From Chloroflexota bacterium (GTDB taxonomy: Bacteria; Chloroflexota; Anaerolineae; Anaerolineales; Villigracilaceae): a stretch of 64,000 nt of DNA. Numbering within the stretch: the stretch's first letter is position 1; every line of letters begins with the position of its first letter. Where the stretch lies: assembly GCA_013112685.1 (NCBI GenBank), contig JABFGC010000002.1, positions 264,223-328,222 on the forward strand, read 5' to 3'. Of the stretch, positions 32,581 through 42,176 are shown piece after piece. The position numbers were made by a program, and so were the translations under genes. Under the pieces are notes generated by a model. The model was not told the origin of the DNA. It made no database searches and saw only the letters and a program-made list of their open reading frames with translations.

Positions 32581-32793
32581 CGAATTTTCATCAGCGTCAT
32601 GAAAGAAAAAGGGAATCGTGGCGCCCTGGCTGATTTGAACGGGTAAACCCAACTTTTTCCCCGTGCAATTTCAAATTTCCCACTGGCAAACCGAATTTTT
32701 CCGCTGGCAAAATAAATATCGGTCAGGCAAGACCGAAATCTCGCCTGACCGAACCGAACTTCGCTTGCTAATCTAATTTACTCATGTTACGCG

Positions 32794-32958
32794 GTAGGGG
32801 CGACCCATTCATGTTTTTGCCAAATGCCTGGCACAGGACGACCCTTTCTTGCAGATTGGTTACCTGTTTTGCCTAAACGGGTCGCCCCTACTTTTTGCAA
32901 AGGGCGACCCATTCTTGTTGATTGAAACTGCATCCAGCTCTGACGGGTCGCCCCCTAC
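32794..32958. repeat. GTAG-type REP doublets
   Basis: gtaggggcgaccc / gggtcgcccctac pairs; related copy at 35280-35339. Confidence 0.8.
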
Positions 32959-33039
32959 GGTGAATTCGCGTAAGGCGAGTTACTCAAACAGATCACAGAT
33001 GCGATTCGCACCGTCCAGGAACCTCAGCCACAGACGGCT

Positions 33040-33125
33040 AATTACCAATTCCCCAATTACCAATTACCCAATCACCAATTACCCAATCACCAATTACCCA
33101 ATCACCAACCGCCAATTCCCCAACC
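33040..33125. repeat. 15-bp tandem repeat (ccaattacccaatca)
   Basis: Three exact plus degenerate flanking copies. Confidence 0.85.
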
Positions 33126-33128
33126 TCC

Positions 33129-34019
33129 TCATCGCCGGCTCCGCCCAACCGCCAGCATCTTGTTGCGGATCGGAAAGACGAGAAAGAACAAACGCACGAA
33201 CGGCAGCAGCAACTTCACCAGAAAGTCCGATTTGACGAGTTTTTTCAGGTAAAAACTGTAAGGGAATGAAAGTTCATGAAAGCGCCTCAATTCCACCACC
33301 TCCAAACCCGCCGCCTCCAGCGCGGACCTCATCTCCGCCAGCGAGAAGATTTGCTTGTGCCCGAACGGCTTGGCGGAATACATCGCGTTCAAAAAGGTCG
33401 GGTATTTCCCGCCTGAGATTTTATAGGTGAACTCCCCAAAGCGGTGATAGAACGCATCGCGGCAGGGCGTGTCAATCAGCAGGATGCCGCCCGGTTTGAG
33501 CGTCTCTGCCGCGGCGCGCAGGGTGGCGAGCGGGTAATTCACATGCTCGATCACATCCCAAAGCGTCGCCATATCGAACGCGCCGCGATACGCCCGCCAG
33601 TATTCATCCTCGATCGGACGCTTCACAATCTCGAGTCCGTGCCAGGTCTTTGCGTAATACGCGCGTGTGTCGCTCAATTCGATGCCGATGCACTTCGCGC
33701 CCGCCTCCTTCATCATCGAGAGAAACAGCCCACCGCCGCAGCCAATGTCCAGCACACGCTTGCCCGCGATGCCTCCATACCGCAAAACCGCCCTGACCTG
33801 GTTCTCGATTCGCTCGGGGTTCGATTGCAGGGACGTTTCGATATAAGCGATCTCCTCGTCCGTCAAGCCGCTGCCGTCAATCTCCGGCTGGATTTCCTCC
33901 ACCGGGTCGAGATGGTCAATGTAATGAAAGCCGCCCGGCGAGACGAACACATTCGCGCCGGATAATTGATATTTCGGCTTGCCGCCGGTTTGGTGTTTCA
34001 GTTCGTCGAAATTTTCCAT
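33129..34019 (-). CDS. Class I SAM-dependent methyltransferase
   Basis: VLDIGCGGG, WDVIEHV, LKPGG. Confidence 0.9.
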   Translation of the reverse strand: MENFDELKHQTGGKPKYQLSGANVFVSPGGFHYIDHLDPVEEIQPEIDGSGLTDEEIAYIETSLQSNPERIENQVRAVLRYGGIAGKRVLDIGCGGGLFLSMMKEAGAKCIGIELSDTRAYYAKTWHGLEIVKRPIEDEYWRAYRGAFDMATLWDVIEHVNYPLATLRAAAETLKPGGILLIDTPCRDAFYHRFGEFTYKISGGKYPTFLNAMYSAKPFGHKQIFSLAEMRSALEAAGLEVVELRRFHELSFPYSFYLKKLVKSDFLVKLLLPFVRLFFLVFPIRNKMLAVGRSRR

Positions 34020-34080
34020 AATCGCTTGTGACCTGACAGGTTTTGCGAAGTCCCCGAAGGGGAAAACCCGTCAGGTTTGG

Positions 34081-34668
34081 TTATTCGATTTTATCAAGGA
34101 TGACCGGCACACTGACTGGATACTCCGCGCTTTCATGCGAGACATCCAGCCTGAGGATGTTTTCCTCCGGCAGGGACGCCAGCCACTCGCGGATGAATCC
34201 CTCCAACAGAGCCGCATCGTCACTGGACGCGATGTTGATTCTGTTTCTGGAAGCGAGTCTCTCGCGGAGGGTTTGGGCGTCTGCGCTCAGGGCGACGACC
34301 AACTCCGGCGGGGGGAGCAGGCTCCGGGTCATGGTGTGGAAGCGGCGGCACAGGTCGAATTCCGCGCCGCTGAGCCAGCCCCGGGCATGGAAGAGGCGGG
34401 TGAATCCATAAAAATCCAGATCGAAACCGCCGTCCATCAGGGCGGGCTTGCCACTTGCGCGCAGAGCGCGTTCCTGCTCGGCGCGGAAGATGAGATAGTC
34501 CAGTTGATTGGCGAGCGCGTATTTTTTGTCCTGCTTGAAGGGCGCCTGAAACGGACGTTCCTCATGCTGTTCGTAGGCGGCGGCGAAGTCGTACCTTTTG
34601 CAAAGGGCGTTCATGAGCGTCGTCTTGCCCACGCCGCTCGCCCCGACGATGACAATCAGTTTGTTCAT
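34081..34668 (-). CDS. Deoxynucleoside kinase family protein
   Basis: GASGVGKTT, YEQH, ALANQL, PELVV..L...RL..RNR. Confidence 0.8.
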   Translation of the reverse strand: MNKLIVIVGASGVGKTTLMNALCKRYDFAAAYEQHEERPFQAPFKQDKKYALANQLDYLIFRAEQERALRASGKPALMDGGFDLDFYGFTRLFHARGWLSGAEFDLCRRFHTMTRSLLPPPELVVALSADAQTLRERLASRNRINIASSDDAALLEGFIREWLASLPEENILRLDVSHESAEYPVSVPVILDKIE

Positions 34669-34767
34669 GCGCTGTCCGTTATAGCACAGGGACGAATCTG
34701 TTACAAGTGAATATTGAATCGTTGATTCCAACGGTTTTCGTATAAAATAATTCCGTAGGAGTAGAAC

Positions 34768-35241
34768 GTGAACAAGCCCATTGATCTGACCTCCGACGAC
34801 CCGATTCTGGACCGCTTGAATTTCAAGCCGTATCGCAACATGGTGGTGAGGCGGGCGGTGCCGTTTGTGCCGAAACCGGACGAACCGCAGACGATGGATG
34901 TGAAGACGCCCTGGGGCTCCATGCTGACGGCAAAGCGGGGGGATTTTCTCGTCAGCGAACTGGATGCGCCGAACGACTACTGGCCCGTGGACGCCAAAAT
35001 TTTCGATGAGACTTATGTTGTCGTAGGACCCGGTCTGTGCGTCAAGCGGGCGGTGACGATGCTCGTGCCGCTCAGCGAAGTCACGAACGGCGACGAAGAC
35101 CGGATGGTCGTGGTGCATACGCTTGAAGGGCCGGAGACCGTCCGCGCAGGAGATTTCTTCCTCGCCAGGGGGGTGAAGGGCGAGATCTGGCCCTACCCAA
35201 AGGAAAAAGTGCTGGCAAAGATGAGACCCGTCGAGCAGTGA
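34768..35241 (+). CDS. PGDYG-like tandem-domain protein
   Basis: Two repeats: TPWG..AKRGDFLV..YWPV and TLEG..VRAGDFFL.GVKGEIWP. Confidence 0.6.
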   Translation: MNKPIDLTSDDPILDRLNFKPYRNMVVRRAVPFVPKPDEPQTMDVKTPWGSMLTAKRGDFLVSELDAPNDYWPVDAKIFDETYVVVGPGLCVKRAVTMLVPLSEVTNGDEDRMVVVHTLEGPETVRAGDFFLARGVKGEIWPYPKEKVLAKMRPVEQ

Positions 35242-35258
35242 CGGGTCTCATCTTTTTT
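35221..35258 (+). terminator. Rho-independent terminator
   Basis: atgagacccgtc...gacgggtctcat followed by T run. Confidence 0.8.
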
Positions 35259-35279
35259 GTGCATTACTGATGTTGCGCA

Positions 35280-35339
35280 GTAGGGGCGACCCTTTCTTGC
35301 AGATTGGCTGCTTGTTTTGCCCAACGGGTCGTCCCTGCG
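35280..35339. repeat. GTAG-type REP doublet
   Basis: Near-identical to part of 32794-32958. Confidence 0.75.
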
Positions 35340-35350
35340 CGCAAGGTGAG

Positions 35351-37768
35351 TTACTTCTTTTCCGCGGCGTGCGCTTTTTTCACCGGCTTGGCATGGGAGG
35401 TATTCGGCTTGGCGTCCAGGATGAGGCGTTCGAGGGCGTTATCTATGACGTTGTAGATGAACTTCGAGGGGTTGATGAATTCGACCACGCCGCCCATGTC
35501 GCGCATCAGTTCGATCATGTGCCTCGTCAGGTAAATGTCGCGGTCGCCGCCGAGGACGGTTTCGTTTGCGACGGCGATCAACCGCACCTTGCCGATGCCT
35601 CCGCGCCCAAGCGCCGAATAGAGCGCCCAGCGGTTGTTACGCTCGTAGGGGTTGTCGCCTTCCTTCGGATCTCCCAGCGCCTCCTGCTGGTTGATCTCGC
35701 TCACCAGCGGATGGTTGCGAATCTTGTAGAATCGGTCCACCCACGTTTCGCCGGCGGGAGAGATGAACTCCTTCACGTAGGAGGAATCGGGCATCGGCAG
35801 GTAGGCTTTGACCTTCAAGCCCATTTCGGTGCATAACTCGGCGAAGATGATCTCGCTCCCCGCCGAGAGACCGGCGAGAAAGGCGCGGTCGTCCGGTCCG
35901 GGTTTGAATTTGTCGAGTTTCTTGCGAATCTCCTGGCGGATTTCGCTTTCCTTCTCAGCCGGGAAGACCTTCTTGCTCTTGCGGGGGTAATCCACCATAT
36001 AGCCGGTGAACAACAGCGCGCGTCCGCCGTCCTTCTTTGCCTTGTGCGATTTTTTGACCGGGGTCAGGTCTCCCGATTCGCCGTAACTGACGCGGGCGAT
36101 CTCCTCTTCGATCAGTTTGACGCTCGCGTTCACAAAGCGGGGACGCATACCGACCGCCTTGAGAATCTCCAACTGGGCGAGGGACGAGTTCAGGAAGAAG
36201 ACATTCCGGCGCGAGGCGGTGATTGCCTTGCGGTAGGCGCGGATGATCGAATCAATGTCGTCCGAGGTGAGCAGTTTCAACTCGGCGTAGGAGACCAGCG
36301 TCCAGTAATCGGCTTTGTCGCCTTCGATTGCGATGCGGCTTTCCAAACCGAAGAGCAGGGTGTTGCGCAGGCTGGGCAGGGTCTTGCGGATGCGCGCGAT
36401 GTCGGGGTCGGGCGATTTGTCTGCGCCGAGTTTGTCGGCGAGATGGACGGCGAGCATCGAGAGCGTGAAGGCGTTGATGCCGGGATAGTAATCGTTCAGG
36501 TCAATCTTGAAGCCCTTCATGTAAATATCCACGGATTTGATCAGCCAGTGGTAAGAGTCGAACGCCTGTTTGAGTCTCTCGGCGGGGTTGCGAAGTTTTT
36601 TCCAGGATTCCGTCCACATCTCCTTATAAATGCGCCCCAGGTAGGTGATGGAGTTGCTGTCGTTGGGGTGGTCCTTGAGCAGGTTTTCGATCTTGACGAT
36701 GGCTTCATCCACACGCCCGATGCGGTTGAGGTGGAACGCCTCCTCGCGGCGGAACTCCAGGTTGGCGGAGTTGACCTCCAACCCCTTGCGGTACTGCGCC
36801 AGCGCCAGTTCGTGTCTGCCCAGGTTGGCGAGCGCGCGTCCCACGTCGCTGATGGCTTCCTCGCGGATGAGCGGGTTGCGAATCTCCTCCGTGAGCAGGA
36901 GGATGTCGCCGATGTGTTTTTGCCGCTGGGCGATGTTGACCTTCTCCTTCCATTCGTTGTACTCGCGCCAGAAGCCGGTTGCCAGTGGGGTTTGCAGGCT
37001 CTTGCGTTCGGGCTCCTTCAAGCCGGAAAGCAAGTTGTAGATGGGGCTGTGCACCGCGTCGCGGTCGGACGCCCAAGTGTCTCTGACCATGCGGGCGATG
37101 GCTTTGATGTCGCCGCGGATGTAATCCGGGCCCGGTTCGCCCTCGCGGGTGATGTGATACGGCAGGGTGCGGACGTTGAAGATGTCGAACGGCATGTAGG
37201 CGCGCCCCGCCTGGATGTGAACCACGCCTCTTTTACGCAGGGCGTGGCGGATGCCCAACTCATAGAAGGCGTTGGCGTTGTCAATGCTCAGGTCGCAGAG
37301 GACCATATCCGCCAGCAGGAGTTCCTGGAACATGTCGGTAAGGATGTCGCCGGAGGCGGTCTCTTCGTCCGCGCGGAAAGGCTCGAAGCCCGCTTCTTCC
37401 AGCGCCGGTTTGATGAGGGTGTTGTAAATGGCGTTGAAATCGAACGGCTGACCGTCTGTGCCTTTTTTCTTTCCAAACGGCATGACCACAAAAGCGTGCG
37501 GGCGTACTTCCAGGTGCAGGGGTCTCGAATCAACTTCCGGGAAGGTCAAAGCCTTGGTCGCGCTGGCAGTCTCTGGGTCCGGTGCGGAGGCGGGCTGGTT
37601 TGCATCCATGGGTTTGGATGCCTGTGCAGAATCCTGTCCTTCCGTTTCCGCTTTAATTGGAGGAGCCGAAGTCGCGGGCGGGGGCGTTGCGATCAGCGAA
37701 GTGGATGGACCGGGTTTCTCCGACCCGGTCGTTTCGGTCTTTTGAGTCTTTCCGTTTGTATCGGTCAT
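35351..37768 (-). CDS. DRHyd (nucleoside deoxyribosyltransferase-like) + TPR-S/TRAFs-binding + SLOG-like protein
   Basis: AFVVMPFG, RADEE, NANAFYELGIRHAL; LGRIYK, YPGINA, DYW; LFTGYMVD, AGSEIIFAE, PYERNNRW. Confidence 0.82.
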   Translation of the reverse strand: MTDTNGKTQKTETTGSEKPGPSTSLIATPPPATSAPPIKAETEGQDSAQASKPMDANQPASAPDPETASATKALTFPEVDSRPLHLEVRPHAFVVMPFGKKKGTDGQPFDFNAIYNTLIKPALEEAGFEPFRADEETASGDILTDMFQELLLADMVLCDLSIDNANAFYELGIRHALRKRGVVHIQAGRAYMPFDIFNVRTLPYHITREGEPGPDYIRGDIKAIARMVRDTWASDRDAVHSPIYNLLSGLKEPERKSLQTPLATGFWREYNEWKEKVNIAQRQKHIGDILLLTEEIRNPLIREEAISDVGRALANLGRHELALAQYRKGLEVNSANLEFRREEAFHLNRIGRVDEAIVKIENLLKDHPNDSNSITYLGRIYKEMWTESWKKLRNPAERLKQAFDSYHWLIKSVDIYMKGFKIDLNDYYPGINAFTLSMLAVHLADKLGADKSPDPDIARIRKTLPSLRNTLLFGLESRIAIEGDKADYWTLVSYAELKLLTSDDIDSIIRAYRKAITASRRNVFFLNSSLAQLEILKAVGMRPRFVNASVKLIEEEIARVSYGESGDLTPVKKSHKAKKDGGRALLFTGYMVDYPRKSKKVFPAEKESEIRQEIRKKLDKFKPGPDDRAFLAGLSAGSEIIFAELCTEMGLKVKAYLPMPDSSYVKEFISPAGETWVDRFYKIRNHPLVSEINQQEALGDPKEGDNPYERNNRWALYSALGRGGIGKVRLIAVANETVLGGDRDIYLTRHMIELMRDMGGVVEFINPSKFIYNVIDNALERLILDAKPNTSHAKPVKKAHAAEKK

Positions 37769-37794
37769 GGCGTTCTCCAATCGGAAGAGCCGAA

Positions 37795-39137
37795 TCAGCC
37801 TTTTGCTTCGGTGGTCTTCGGGTAACGGGCGAGCAGGTTGTTCAGCACGGGACGCGGGGTGTTGCCGCTGATTTCCACATCCTTGTACTCGCCTGCGATC
37901 TCTTCGAGCGACGAGGACAAACCGAGTCGTTCCGCGATGTTTTCGGTGAACTCGCGGAGCGCATCCTTCATCGCCGCCAGTTCCGCCTGCACCACGTCGG
38001 ATGCGGCTTCCTCGGCGAGCGTGCCCAGCGCTTCTTCAAATTTTTCGGTGAGCGAATCCGCCGCTTCTTTCATGGACTCGGCGGTGTAGCCGACGACGGC
38101 ATCTTCCATGCCCTTGCGGAGGCGGCGGTCGCTTTCGCGCTGTTCCTGGATGACGCGGTTGATGAGGCTGGCTTCTTCGTCCGGGCTGGATTCTTTGAGC
38201 GCCTCCTGCATGGCTTTGATGTATTCCACGTTGCGGCTCCACAAAACGTCTTCGGTGGAGTTGACCATTCTGTAGACTTCGGTTTTGGTGCGTTCCTCGG
38301 CTTCGAGGTTTTTCCAATGGTCGGAGATGATGCTCAACTCCATGATGACCTTGCTGTAATTGCGCACGACCAGGTCGAGGTTCTTCAATTCCTGCCAGCC
38401 GAGGAGCGTGGTGGTGATGGATGCCGTCAGCGCGACCCACAACGCCAGGGTGCTGTTTGTGCTGCTGAGCGCCGCCAAAAATGCGCCCGCCGCGCCGGAG
38501 AGCAGGATCAAAACCTGAAGGCGCGTCCTTTCCCGCTGCTTTTGGTTGATCTTCTTGACGTGCCAGTTCAATTCGTTTTCGAGGCGGTATTTGAAGTATT
38601 CATCCCCGGTCAGGTCTTTGAAGCCGGGGTCGGAGTTTGGGTACTTGGAGTCGAAGCGCGGCGGCGGCGGGACGACGCCTTTGTAGGCTTCCATCACCAG
38701 TTCGCCGTTCATGCCGCGATAGATGGAGCGCTGGATTTTGGCGAGCCTTTTTTCGAGCCACTCGCGCCGCCCGGGGTTGCCCTGCAATATCGTCCTGTAC
38801 AGATAAATATCCTTCAGGGTTTCTTCTGCGCCCGCGCGCGCGATCAGCCAATCCCCGGTGGCGAAGAACTTGCTTGTAAACGCCGCCAGCGCCGAGGCGA
38901 GGATGGGAGCGGCGATGAGGAGAATCTGGAGCGCCAGTTTGCCGTACCGGGGAATCCCTCCTCCGGGTAACTGGTGTAAAGGATGGCGAACAGGGTTGCC
39001 AGCACGCCGAAGACGGCGATCCACTGCCTGAGCCGTGAATAAGCCGCCGTCCGTATGACCGACGCGGCGTCGTACTGGGCGAACTTTCTCCAGGCGACTT
39101 CCAGAATGGGGGTGACGTTCTGTTCTTGGTTTTCCAT
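37795..39137 (-). CDS. Tandem DUF4231/SLATT membrane protein with coiled-coil tail (frameshift near 38950)
   Basis: Two TM hairpins; WLIARAGAEETLKDIYLYR and YFKYRLENELNWH motifs. Confidence 0.8.
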
Positions 39138-39164
39138 GTTCAGCACTCCTAGATTTTGTGCGGC

Positions 39165-42158
39165 TTATGGCAACGCCGGGCACAGCAGGTCATATTCGTC
39201 GTCGTTGAAGAAGAACTCCCACTGGCTTGGGTTCAGGTTCCTCACCAGGCGGGAGCAGGCGGCGTCCGCAAGTTCCTCGGTGGCGATGGGCAGGAGCAGG
39301 TCCACGTCCCAGAATTGGACGATCTTGCGGGAGACGGTGGCGAGCAGTTGACCATCCGGCGAGAAACTGACCCCGGCGACCGAATCGCCGTGCGGGATGC
39401 GCATCACTTCCTGACCTGTGGACAGGTCCCACAAATAGACGTAGCCGTCGTCGCCGCCGGAAGCGAGCCATTGTTTTCTGGAATTGAAATCGAGCGAGGT
39501 GATCCGCCCGTCCTGCAGGAAGCGGTAACGGGGCGCGGTAAGGTCCGTCTCGTTCATATCCCAGATGTTGATGCTGCCTTCCGAGGTGGTGGTCGCCAGC
39601 CAGTTGCCGTCGCTGTTGAAGTTCAACGAGCGGATGCGCCCCACCTGCTTCAGCGCGGCGGCTTCCTTGCCGGAGGCGGTATCCCACAGGACGATTTTGT
39701 TGGTCAGCCCGATTGCCAGGATGGAATCCCTGGGGCTGTATGCCGAGGTGAAGGCTGTTTCCTCGAACGGGATGCTGTTCGCCAGTTGACCGGTCTCGAT
39801 ATCCCAGATGTAGACGATGCTGTTGCCTTCGTTGGTGGTGGCGAGCCGTTTGCTGTCCGGGCTGATGGCAAGCCCGCTGATGTTCGTATCGTGCGGGAGC
39901 GTGTGCAGAACTTGGGTCTCCAGGTTGTAGAGCAGGGCGCGCGGGCTGCCCGTTTCCGAGTTGATCGAAACGGCAACCCATTTTGAATCGGGGCTGATCT
40001 TGGTCTGCGCGCTGACTTCATCGAAGGTGAGGATCGGGGTTCCCAAGCCGCCGTCATGAATCGTCGTGATCTCGCTGACGGGAATCTGCCAGAGATTCCG
40101 GTCGTTCGTGTTGATGAGCACCCAGTTCCCGGCGGGGTCGAACTTGGCTTTGTTGGCGCGCTGGGGGAATTCGATGATGCCCACGCGCGCATAAAGGGAG
40201 GAAATATCCCAAATGGTGATGTTCCCGCTCCGATCACCGGCGATGATGCGCTTTCCGTCCGGGCTGAAGACGAGCGCGGAGCCGGTATCGTCGAGGAAGG
40301 GTTCGAGCATCAGCGCGCCCGATTGCGCATCCCAGACGCGGACGCTCAAATCGGAGCCGGTGCTGGCAACCCAGTTTCCATCTGGGCTGACCTCCACCTT
40401 TTGGACGAAACTCCCGTGATACATGCGGATTTTTTCCACGCCGGTATTAGCGTCGAAGACCCGCACAATCTTGTCGTCCGATGCGGTGGCGAACCAGGAA
40501 CTGTCCGGCGCAAAGGCAACATCCCGCACCCAGTCTGGATGCTGGAGGACGTGAGTCTGCCGCCCGGATTCCGCCCTGGAGATGCGGGCGGTACTGTCCG
40601 CGCTGATAGAGACCATGATTTTTCCATCGGGGCTGATTGCGATATCGAAAACTTCCGCCTCGTGGTAGGGACCCGGCTGCAGGACGCCGGTTGAAACCTT
40701 CCATAAGCGCACCCTGCCGTTTTTTACGCCGACGCTCAGCCAATCCCCGTTGGGATGGAATTTCACGACGTTCACCGGTCCGTTGGAAAAATTGAACGTA
40801 TAGACCGTGCGGCGCAGGTCGAGGTTGACGACCGCAACGTTTTCGTTCTCCAAACCGCCGACGAGGATTTTGTTCCTCGCGTTGATGTCAATATCGAGCA
40901 CCGGCGACTCATAATCGAGGATGGTGTTCAACTGACCGCTTTCAAAATCCCACAGCCGGATCGTGCCGTCCTTGCTGGCGGTGATCAACAGGCTGTTGTC
41001 GTTCGTGATGAGGGCGTCGGTCACATCGCCATCGTGCTGGACGCAGTATTTTTTCCCGCCGGTCATGTTCCAGACGCAGGCGGTATCGTCGGCGCTGGCG
41101 GAAACGATGTATTGCCCATCCGCGCTGACGCTGATGTTCCAAATCCTGCCGGTGTGCCGCATCTGTCCCGCCGGGATCGCCATGCGGCTAAGGTTGTTCC
41201 GCAGAACGTCCTCGGCTTCGGTGGAGGGGAAGCGTTCGAGCGATTCGAGGGCGAGCAGGGTGCTGGTGTCCAATTCGCCGGGACGTCCGCTGTAGGTGCG
41301 CGCCTGCGCCGCGGCGCAGCGCGCCTTGGCTTCGTTCTCGTTTCGCAGCGCCCGCTTTTCGCTTTCCTCCGCCAGCGACCGCCGCATGTTGGCGAACTCC
41401 GCGCTGGCTTGGGCGTCGGCGGCGTTTTTCTTTGCGCGTTCTTCGCTTTCCATAAGCTGGACCCACAACCGGATGGCGAACATCAGCGCGATAATGCTCA
41501 CGACCAGCATGATGCCAAAGGTGAACGTAAAACGCCTCTGCCGTCTCGATGCGTACTCCCGGCAGGCGCGGATGTATTCCGCTTGCAGGGGCGTGACCTG
41601 CCGCTTTTCATCCTCCGTTGACTTCGCCATCCACTGCTCGGCTTCTTCGAGTGAAGAACCGCCCAGCAGGTAGCCCGGATTTTCCTTCTTCTGTTTCCAT
41701 TGAACTGCGCGTTGAAGCAGGTTGGTATGCTGCTGAACCCACTCAAGATCGGTCAGGACGGTTTCCACCAGTTTGGGGATGACCTCCCTGAAGTTGTCCT
41801 TTTTGGGGCGCAGGAAAACCCAGTTCGTGGACGAAAGTTTGGGATGAAGTTTCGTCCGTCTCTCCGGCTCGTGATACACGACCGGGATGATCTTTTTATT
41901 CAACTGGAGCGCGATCTCCAGTTCCTTGTAGCAATACTTGGATTTGAGGGAATCGGGCGTGATGACGAAAACGAACGCATCGGACGCCTCGATGGCGGAG
42001 TTGATCGTCGCCATCCAGTCCGCGCTGAAGGGGATGCCCTCCCAGTCCACCCACGCTTCGATGCCCGCCTCGTCAATGGCGGCGTTCAACTTCCGCACAA
42101 AACTTTTGTTTTTGCGCGAATACGAGATGAAGACCTGGGTCTTTCGTTTATTTGCCAT
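39165..42158 (-). CDS. TIR domain + TM + WD40 repeat protein
   Basis: VFISYSRK, S.YCYKEL, KKIIPV; TM near residue 215; more than 10 WD repeats. Confidence 0.92.
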   Translation of the reverse strand: MANKRKTQVFISYSRKNKSFVRKLNAAIDEAGIEAWVDWEGIPFSADWMATINSAIEASDAFVFVITPDSLKSKYCYKELEIALQLNKKIIPVVYHEPERRTKLHPKLSSTNWVFLRPKKDNFREVIPKLVETVLTDLEWVQQHTNLLQRAVQWKQKKENPGYLLGGSSLEEAEQWMAKSTEDEKRQVTPLQAEYIRACREYASRRQRRFTFTFGIMLVVSIIALMFAIRLWVQLMESEERAKKNAADAQASAEFANMRRSLAEESEKRALRNENEAKARCAAAQARTYSGRPGELDTSTLLALESLERFPSTEAEDVLRNNLSRMAIPAGQMRHTGRIWNISVSADGQYIVSASADDTACVWNMTGGKKYCVQHDGDVTDALITNDNSLLITASKDGTIRLWDFESGQLNTILDYESPVLDIDINARNKILVGGLENENVAVVNLDLRRTVYTFNFSNGPVNVVKFHPNGDWLSVGVKNGRVRLWKVSTGVLQPGPYHEAEVFDIAISPDGKIMVSISADSTARISRAESGRQTHVLQHPDWVRDVAFAPDSSWFATASDDKIVRVFDANTGVEKIRMYHGSFVQKVEVSPDGNWVASTGSDLSVRVWDAQSGALMLEPFLDDTGSALVFSPDGKRIIAGDRSGNITIWDISSLYARVGIIEFPQRANKAKFDPAGNWVLINTNDRNLWQIPVSEITTIHDGGLGTPILTFDEVSAQTKISPDSKWVAVSINSETGSPRALLYNLETQVLHTLPHDTNISGLAISPDSKRLATTNEGNSIVYIWDIETGQLANSIPFEETAFTSAYSPRDSILAIGLTNKIVLWDTASGKEAAALKQVGRIRSLNFNSDGNWLATTTSEGSINIWDMNETDLTAPRYRFLQDGRITSLDFNSRKQWLASGGDDGYVYLWDLSTGQEVMRIPHGDSVAGVSFSPDGQLLATVSRKIVQFWDVDLLLPIATEELADAACSRLVRNLNPSQWEFFFNDDEYDLLCPALP

Positions 42159-42176
42159 TAAGCCGGGACCATGCGG

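Noticed and set aside
33040-33125. Repeat protein (ITNYP)n in ORF 32849-33235
   Set aside because: ORF is a read-through of REP and 15-bp DNA repeats with no RBS or protein-like content
32580-33129. Integron integrase gene
   Set aside because: Too short, filled with repeats, no tyrosine recombinase motifs in the ORF track
36044-37825. Long antisense ORFs (also 9109-10626, 20595-21959, 42171-43562, 58171-59505)
   Set aside because: Shadow frames of well-supported GC-rich genes on the opposite strand
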